Positions 35,539-40,124 of a DNA stretch of 40,124 nt are shown here, piece by piece; the stretch's first letter is position 1; each line of letters opens with the position of its first letter. The notes beneath the pieces are model-generated. The model was not told the DNA's origin. It made no database searches and worked only from the letters and a program-made list of their open reading frames with translations. The DNA is taken from positions 1 through 40,124 of the forward strand of contig JANPEF010000002.1 of the NCBI GenBank assembly GCA_031431875.1, in the 5' to 3' direction. Source of the DNA: Candidatus Eiseniibacteriota bacterium. GTDB taxonomy: Bacteria > Eisenbacteria > RBG-16-71-46 > DASYSL01. Made by a program: the position numbers and the translations under genes.

Positions 35539-36789
35539 TCATCCCGTCGCCCACAGGTTTCGCAAGGGGACCGCGAATAGCCCGTTGCGGAAGTCGATGG
35601 TCGCGCTGCCATCGTACAGCACGACTCCCGCGACGAAGCGCCCCCTGGCCGCGTCCCGCAGCTTGCGAAGCCCACGGAGATCCGCTTCGACGACCGTTGC
35701 GGCGGCTTTCACTTCGATCCCGGCGACCGCCGATGGTCCTCGCTCCAGCACGATGTCCACCTCGAAGTCATCCCGATCCCGAAAGTGAGAGAAGCTGAGT
35801 GGTACCGGTCGCCAACTCGCCTGGCGACGCAGCTCCTGCAGAACGAAGGTCTCCAGCATCGAACCCAACAACGGCCGGTCCGCATCGAGTTCCACGGCAT
35901 CGATCCCGAGCAGCGAACAGGCGACCCCCGTGTCGCCCATGTGGAGCTTGGGTCGCTTGACCAGCCGGCTCAACCGGTTCGTGTGCCATGACGGCAATCG
36001 TTCGAGCAGGAACACGCGTTCGAGCAGCGTGACGTAATCGTGGATCGTCTGGCGTGTCAGCTCGAAGGGAGCCGCAAGATCCGTGATGTTGATGAGCCGG
36101 GAGGTTTGCGTTGCGGCCAGGGTGAGCAGCTTGGGCAGCGCGTCGAGCGAGTGGATGCGGGTCAGGTCGCGGACGTCGCGCTGAATCTGCGTGTCGACGT
36201 AGTCGCGATACCAGGCGCGCCGCCGCGCGGAGGATCGGCGCGCGAGGGCGGCGGGATAGCCGCCGGCCACGATGCGCTCGGAGAGGCCGCTGCCCAGGCG
36301 CTCGGTGATCCCCGTCCTGAATCCGCCGCGAAACAGCGTGTCGAGGAAACGTGGCCGCCTGTTCTCGATCTCGCACTGCGCAAAGGGATGGAGCCGTAGA
36401 AGCCCCATCCGCCCGGCAAGTGAATCGGCGAGTCTGGGGACGAACAGGACGTTGGCGGAGCCCGTGAGAATGAAGCGCCCCGGGGTTCTGCGCTGGTCGA
36501 TGACGGCCTTGAGCGACGTGAACAGCTCGGGGACCCGCTGCACCTCGTCGAGGATGGTCTTCGCCGGGAGGCGGTTCGCGAAGCCGACCGGGTCACTCTT
36601 GGCCGCGGCCCGTATGGCCTCATCGTCGAACGACACATACCGGTAGCCGCGGGGCTCGCCGACGGCACGTGCCAGCGTCGTCTTGCCGCTCTGTCGCGGC
36701 CCGTGAATCAGGACGGCGGGGGTGTCGGCGAGCGCCTCGCGAAGGCGGGGCGCAAGGTAGCGTGGGACGTTCAGGGCGGCTCGGCGCAT
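35539..36789 (-). CDS. AAA+ ATPase (AAA_14) with C-terminal DUF4143 domain
   Basis: GPRQSGKTT, ILDEVQ, ILTGS, SLAGR, GGYP, KRPKLHMGDTG, and EVDIVLE...IEVK (PD-(D/E)xK-like tail). Confidence 0.92.
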   Translation of the reverse strand: MRRAALNVPRYLAPRLREALADTPAVLIHGPRQSGKTTLARAVGEPRGYRYVSFDDEAIRAAAKSDPVGFANRLPAKTILDEVQRVPELFTSLKAVIDQRRTPGRFILTGSANVLFVPRLADSLAGRMGLLRLHPFAQCEIENRRPRFLDTLFRGGFRTGITERLGSGLSERIVAGGYPAALARRSSARRRAWYRDYVDTQIQRDVRDLTRIHSLDALPKLLTLAATQTSRLINITDLAAPFELTRQTIHDYVTLLERVFLLERLPSWHTNRLSRLVKRPKLHMGDTGVACSLLGIDAVELDADRPLLGSMLETFVLQELRRQASWRPVPLSFSHFRDRDDFEVDIVLERGPSAVAGIEVKAAATVVEADLRGLRKLRDAARGRFVAGVVLYDGSATIDFRNGLFAVPLRNLWATG

Positions 36790-36794
36790 GGCCG

Positions 36795-36824
36795 ATGGTA
36801 GGACCGCTGGGCGGCTGAATGCAA
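36795..36824 (-). promoter_or_regulatory. Sigma70-type promoter for a probably leaderless AAA+ ATPase mRNA
   Basis: Minus strand TTGCAT-N18-TACCAT-N5-ATG. Confidence 0.55.
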
Positions 36825-36874
36825 GTTTAGATGTCGGCTGAACGCTAATATTGACGACGGCTGTTCGCTAGTAT
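36812..36874. repeat. Three imperfect direct repeats at exact 23-bp period (CGGCTGwwYGCwARTwT)
   Basis: cggctgaatgcaagttt (36812), cggctgaacgctaatat (36835) and cggctgttcgctagtat (36858). Confidence 0.75.
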
Positions 36875-36955
36875 GCGAACGAGTTCATCGCGTGGTATGG
36901 GACCGACAGCTCTCGGTGTCGCGGGCGATGTGAATCAATCCTTGCCAGCCGGAGC

Positions 36956-38347
36956 CTAGTGCGTCGCATCCGGCGCGGGCAGCGGATGCATCGCCGTCAC
37001 CGGCCGCTTCGTCTTCCACGTCCCGCGGCGGAACCAGCCGAGCACGATCAGCGCGCGCACCACGCAGGTGAGCGCGATCGTCCACGCGATGCCGTTCAGG
37101 CCCAGGCCCATCGCGTGCGCTGCGAAGCCCGCCAGCGGGAGGCGCAACAGCGACACCGTGACCGAGATCGCCGAGGGCGGCAAGGTGTCCCCGGCGCCGG
37201 AAAACGCGCCATTGAGCACGATCTCGAGGCAGGCGAACGCCTGGCAGGGCGCGAGGATGCGCAGGTACGGCACGCCGCGGGCGATCACCTCGCGATCGGC
37301 GGTGAAGAACGACAGCAGCGCCTCCGGCGCGAACCACATCCACGCGGCGACGCCGAAGCCGAGCGTGCACATGAGCCCGACCGACAGCCACGCCGCGCGC
37401 TCGGCGCGCTCGGGTTGGCCTGCGCCCAGGTTCTGGCCCACGATCGCCTCGACCGCCAGCCCGAAGCCGACGGCCACCAGGTACGACAGCGATTCGATGC
37501 GATTGGCGATGCCGACCACCGCGAGCGCCGCGGTGCCGAACGTGGCAGCCGTACGCGCCAGCCCCAGGTAGACGACGGAGTACAGGATGCCGATGAGCGC
37601 GAACGGCGCGCCGATTCGCGCGAGCGCCAACTGGTAGGCGAGCGACGGCGACTGCAACGCCGCGAAGCTGAAGGGTAGCGCCGGGTGCATCTGCCAGGCC
37701 AGGCGCGCGTAGCACAGGACCGCGAACGTCTGCGCGATCACGGTCGCGATCGCCGCACCCGCGACGCCGAGCGCGGGAACCGGCCCCCAGCCGAAGATGA
37801 GCAGCGGATCGAGCAGCGCATTCAGCGCCAGGCTCGCCGCGACGATGATCATCGGCGTGCGGGTGTCTCCGGCGGCGCGCAGGATCGATTCGCCGAGGAC
37901 GTAGAGGAATGAGATCACCGCGCCGCCGACGATGATCTGCAGGAACGACGTGCCGGCGGCGGCGACCTCGGGCGCGGCGCCGAGCGTGCGGAACAGCCAC
38001 GGCACGGCGAACGGCCCCCCGAGCGAGATCACCACGCCCAGCGTGAGCGCGAGCCACAGCGCCTGCGCAGACGCATACGCCGCGCCGTCGCGCTCGCCGG
38101 CACCGATGTGGCGCGACACGGTCGCGGCCACCGCGACGCCCACCAGGTCGGCAAACGCCCACACGGTCCACACGGCGAAGAACGAGGTCGAGACGGCCGC
38201 GGTCGCCGTCGCGCCCAGCCGCCCGACCCACATGACGTCGATCCAGTGGTAGAGGGTGTGGCACAGCTGCATGATCACGACCGGCGCGGCGAGGCGAACC
38301 AGCGCCGACAGCAGCGGGCCGCGCGTCGGGTCGACGGGCCGGCTCAA
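36956..38347 (-). CDS. MATE family efflux transporter
   Basis: 463 aa with about 12 TM helices. RLAAP, D..WVGRLG, RAAGDTRTPM, LDPLLIFG, LGVAGAAIAT and GQNLGA. TTG start overlaps the upstream stop. Confidence 0.93.
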   Translation of the reverse strand: MSRPVDPTRGPLLSALVRLAAPVVIMQLCHTLYHWIDVMWVGRLGATATAAVSTSFFAVWTVWAFADLVGVAVAATVSRHIGAGERDGAAYASAQALWLALTLGVVISLGGPFAVPWLFRTLGAAPEVAAAGTSFLQIIVGGAVISFLYVLGESILRAAGDTRTPMIIVAASLALNALLDPLLIFGWGPVPALGVAGAAIATVIAQTFAVLCYARLAWQMHPALPFSFAALQSPSLAYQLALARIGAPFALIGILYSVVYLGLARTAATFGTAALAVVGIANRIESLSYLVAVGFGLAVEAIVGQNLGAGQPERAERAAWLSVGLMCTLGFGVAAWMWFAPEALLSFFTADREVIARGVPYLRILAPCQAFACLEIVLNGAFSGAGDTLPPSAISVTVSLLRLPLAGFAAHAMGLGLNGIAWTIALTCVVRALIVLGWFRRGTWKTKRPVTAMHPLPAPDATH

Positions 38348-38643
38348 TCGCCCACCGAGCGATCCCGGGCGAGGAAGTCGCGGACGAACAGGTTGTATCC
38401 GGTGCCGCGCTGCGACTTCGCCTGCTCGTTGTAGCGGGCCTTGACCGACGGATCGGCGGCCTGCCAGGCGTGGACGGCGCGGGCAAAGGCGAGACGGGCC
38501 GAGCGCTGTCCGGGGGTGCGCGGGTTTCTCGGGGCGGCGTAGCGCTTGAAGTAGGGTCGGCCCTTCCGACTCGACAGGATGTAGCCGCTGGCGAGGTGGG
38601 CGAGCAGTTCATCGGTGAGGGCGGGCGGTCTCTTGCGTGTCAT
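38344..38643 (-). CDS. Small basic hypothetical protein (99 aa) with NPRT..Q...R..F...W...Y...A...GYNLF motif
   Basis: C-terminal part of ORF 38344..39300 starting from ATG 38643. Its stop overlaps the MATE TTG start (TTGA). Promoter-like TTGCAA-N17-TTCAAT lies just upstream. Confidence 0.7.
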   Translation of the reverse strand: MTRKRPPALTDELLAHLASGYILSSRKGRPYFKRYAAPRNPRTPGQRSARLAFARAVHAWQAADPSVKARYNEQAKSQRGTGYNLFVRDFLARDRSVGD

Positions 38644-38781
38644 GACGTCATTGAAACGGAGTTGATACGGACTTGCAAGGCATTGCAATGACCGCGGGTC
38701 CGCCTTGACCGGGCGCCTCGGGCCGGGCCATGATGCGCCCCACGAAGCGCGCCATGCCTGAAGACGGATACGGAGGTCCAT

Positions 38782-39297
38782 GTGAAGCTGCTGATCCTGC
38801 TCATCGTCCTGCTCGCCGGCGCCTGGTTCGCCCCGGCCCCGGTCTCCCACGTCGAAGGCTCGATCGAGATCGCGGCCGATCGCGAGCGTGTCTGGACGGT
38901 GCTCTCGGACCTGACGGGCGCCCGGCTGTGGGATCCGCAGATGCGCGAGGTCAAGCTCACCTCCGACGCCAAGTCGGGCGTGGGGACCGAGCGATTCTCG
39001 GCCGGGGCCATGGTCAAGACCCGCGAGCGGGTCACCGAGTGGCTGCCCTACAACCGGATTGTCCTCGACGTCACCCATGAGCCTTCGCTGACGAAGTTCG
39101 AGGAAAGCCGGATCGAGATCGAGCCCTCCGGGGCCGCGGGGACCCGGGTGCGCTGGGCGATGAACTACCAGGTCAACGGGGGCTACCTGGGCAGCCTGGG
39201 CGACCGCTTCTTCTTCAGCAGCGTCCACCAGGGCCGGATCGACGACGGGCTGAGCAACCTCAAGCGTTACGCCGAAACGGGCGAAGTGCGTTTCTGA
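38782..39297 (+). CDS. SRPBCC (polyketide cyclase/dehydrase-like) family protein with N-terminal hydrophobic helix
   Basis: GGAGG RBS. VEGSIEIAA..ERVWTVLSDL...WDP, ERVTEW.P, GTRVRW and GLSNLKRYAETG. Confidence 0.88.
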   Translation: MKLLILLIVLLAGAWFAPAPVSHVEGSIEIAADRERVWTVLSDLTGARLWDPQMREVKLTSDAKSGVGTERFSAGAMVKTRERVTEWLPYNRIVLDVTHEPSLTKFEESRIEIEPSGAAGTRVRWAMNYQVNGGYLGSLGDRFFFSSVHQGRIDDGLSNLKRYAETGEVRF

Positions 39298-39356
39298 CAA
39301 GAGGCTGCGTCGTTGCCGGCTGGCGGGATCGCCCCCGGCCGTTGTACCATGGAGCC

Positions 39357-39827
39357 ATGTCCGTTCATACCGAACACCCGCAAGGAGAGCACACCTTCCT
39401 GCTGCGCGAGGGAGTCTGGGAAGCCGAGGGAACGGGTTACGTCGCGGCGGATGCTGCCGAGGCCCGGATCACCGGCCGGACCGAAGTGCGCCACCCCGCA
39501 ACGGATCGGATCACGAACGAAGGGTGGATGAAGATCCATACCCGGACCGAGTTCGAGATCTGGCAGCGCTACGAGTTCCGTCCCGGGACCCGCCCGCACA
39601 CGTGGACGTTCGTCAGCCACAACGACCGCGTGGGCGAGCTGACCGGTGAGGTCCTGTTCTGGGGCCCGCATGCGTTCATTCATTACGCGTCGGCCAAGGG
39701 ACGCTTCCGCGGCTCCGAGTTGCTCACGCGCGTGACCGACTCCGAGTACACGTCGGTCGGCAAGTTCATCGCCGACGGCCGAGCCGAGACCGTGTGGACG
39801 GTGCAGCTGAAGCGCGTCGACGACTGA
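39357..39827 (+). CDS. Hypothetical protein, probable beta-barrel (lipocalin/calycin-like)
   Basis: HTFLL.EG.W..EG N-terminus followed by a run of amphipathic beta strands. Good codon bias. TACCAT lies 6 nt before ATG 39357. Confidence 0.7.
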   Translation: MSVHTEHPQGEHTFLLREGVWEAEGTGYVAADAAEARITGRTEVRHPATDRITNEGWMKIHTRTEFEIWQRYEFRPGTRPHTWTFVSHNDRVGELTGEVLFWGPHAFIHYASAKGRFRGSELLTRVTDSEYTSVGKFIADGRAETVWTVQLKRVDD

Positions 39828-39865
39828 CTCGCGGCGGGATCGGTTCGTACATTCGTGAGGCAGCC

Positions 39866-40124
39866 ATGACCTTGATCCCTCGCTTCATCCTCGCACCCAT
39901 TCTGCTCGCCACCGTCCTGGCCGCAGGCGTCGTTCCCGCCGCGGCGCCGGCCCGTGCCGCGACGACCACGACCAAGACCACGACCAAGACCACCACCACC
40001 ACGCACACCGAGCTCGTCCCCTGGGACCAGAAGGGCGACTTCGCCGCCACGCTCGCGCGCGCTAAGAAGGAGAAGAAGCTCGTCTTCCTCGACTTCTATG
40101 CGACGTGGTGCGGGCCGTGCAAGA
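39866..40124 (+). CDS. Secreted thioredoxin-family protein, 3'-partial
   Basis: Not in the ORF track. Manual translation: MTLIPRFILAPILLATVLAAGVVPAAAPARAATTTTKTTTKTTTTTHTELVPWDQKGDFAATLARAKKEKKLVFLDFYATWCGPCK (WCGPC active site). GAGG RBS. Confidence 0.88.
   Translation, partial: MTLIPRFILAPILLATVLAAGVVPAAAPARAATTTTKTTTKTTTTTHTELVPWDQKGDFAATLARAKKEKKLVFLDFYATWCGPCK

Noticed and set aside
36812..36880. 23-bp periodic repeats as a mini-CRISPR
   Set aside because: The period is too short for repeat plus spacer, the copies are degenerate, and no cas genes are present.
1..40124. tRNA, rRNA, riboswitch, integrase or transposase
   Set aside because: No cloverleaf or T-loop context, rRNA-like tract or recombinase motifs recognised by eye. 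An Infernal/Rfam scan would be needed to exclude small RNAs.

Overview
High-GC (roughly 70% by eye) bacterial chromosomal segment with about 32 densely packed genes. I found no rRNA, tRNA, CRISPR array or transposase. Secreted proteins ending in FlgD-Ig/T9SS-like domains or in an SWGxVKSxYR tail suggest an FCB-group organism such as Ca. Eisenbacteria (inference, not verified). Recognisable genes include a PI-PLC-like membrane protein (5'-partial), an AlkD-like repair gene (frameshifted), an RND efflux pair, RlpA, an ABC ATPase with an ABC-permease/M1-peptidase fusion, an M28 peptidase, an FG-GAP protein, queD/queE, an alpha/beta hydrolase, a SAM methyltransferase, an AAA_14/DUF4143 ATPase, a MATE transporter, an SRPBCC protein and a secreted thioredoxin (3'-partial). 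Main leads: (1) a shared C-terminal motif [VT]P-x4-SWGxVKSxYR on two unrelated Cys-rich secreted proteins; (2) a three-gene cassette of small beta-protein, S8 lipoprotein protease and a TPR kinase with a tyrosine-kinase-like catalytic loop (HRDVTGRN); (3) an 896-aa coiled-coil protein behind a sigma54-type promoter; (4) a 99-aa basic protein resembling a permuted HMG box, coupled to MATE; (5) a 23-bp-periodic repeat array over the AAA+ ATPase promoter; (6) several genes broken by internal deletions (GH44, M48, a hidden ArsR-SRPBCC fusion); (7) many apparently leaderless genes. Family assignments come from motif recognition only; no searches were run.
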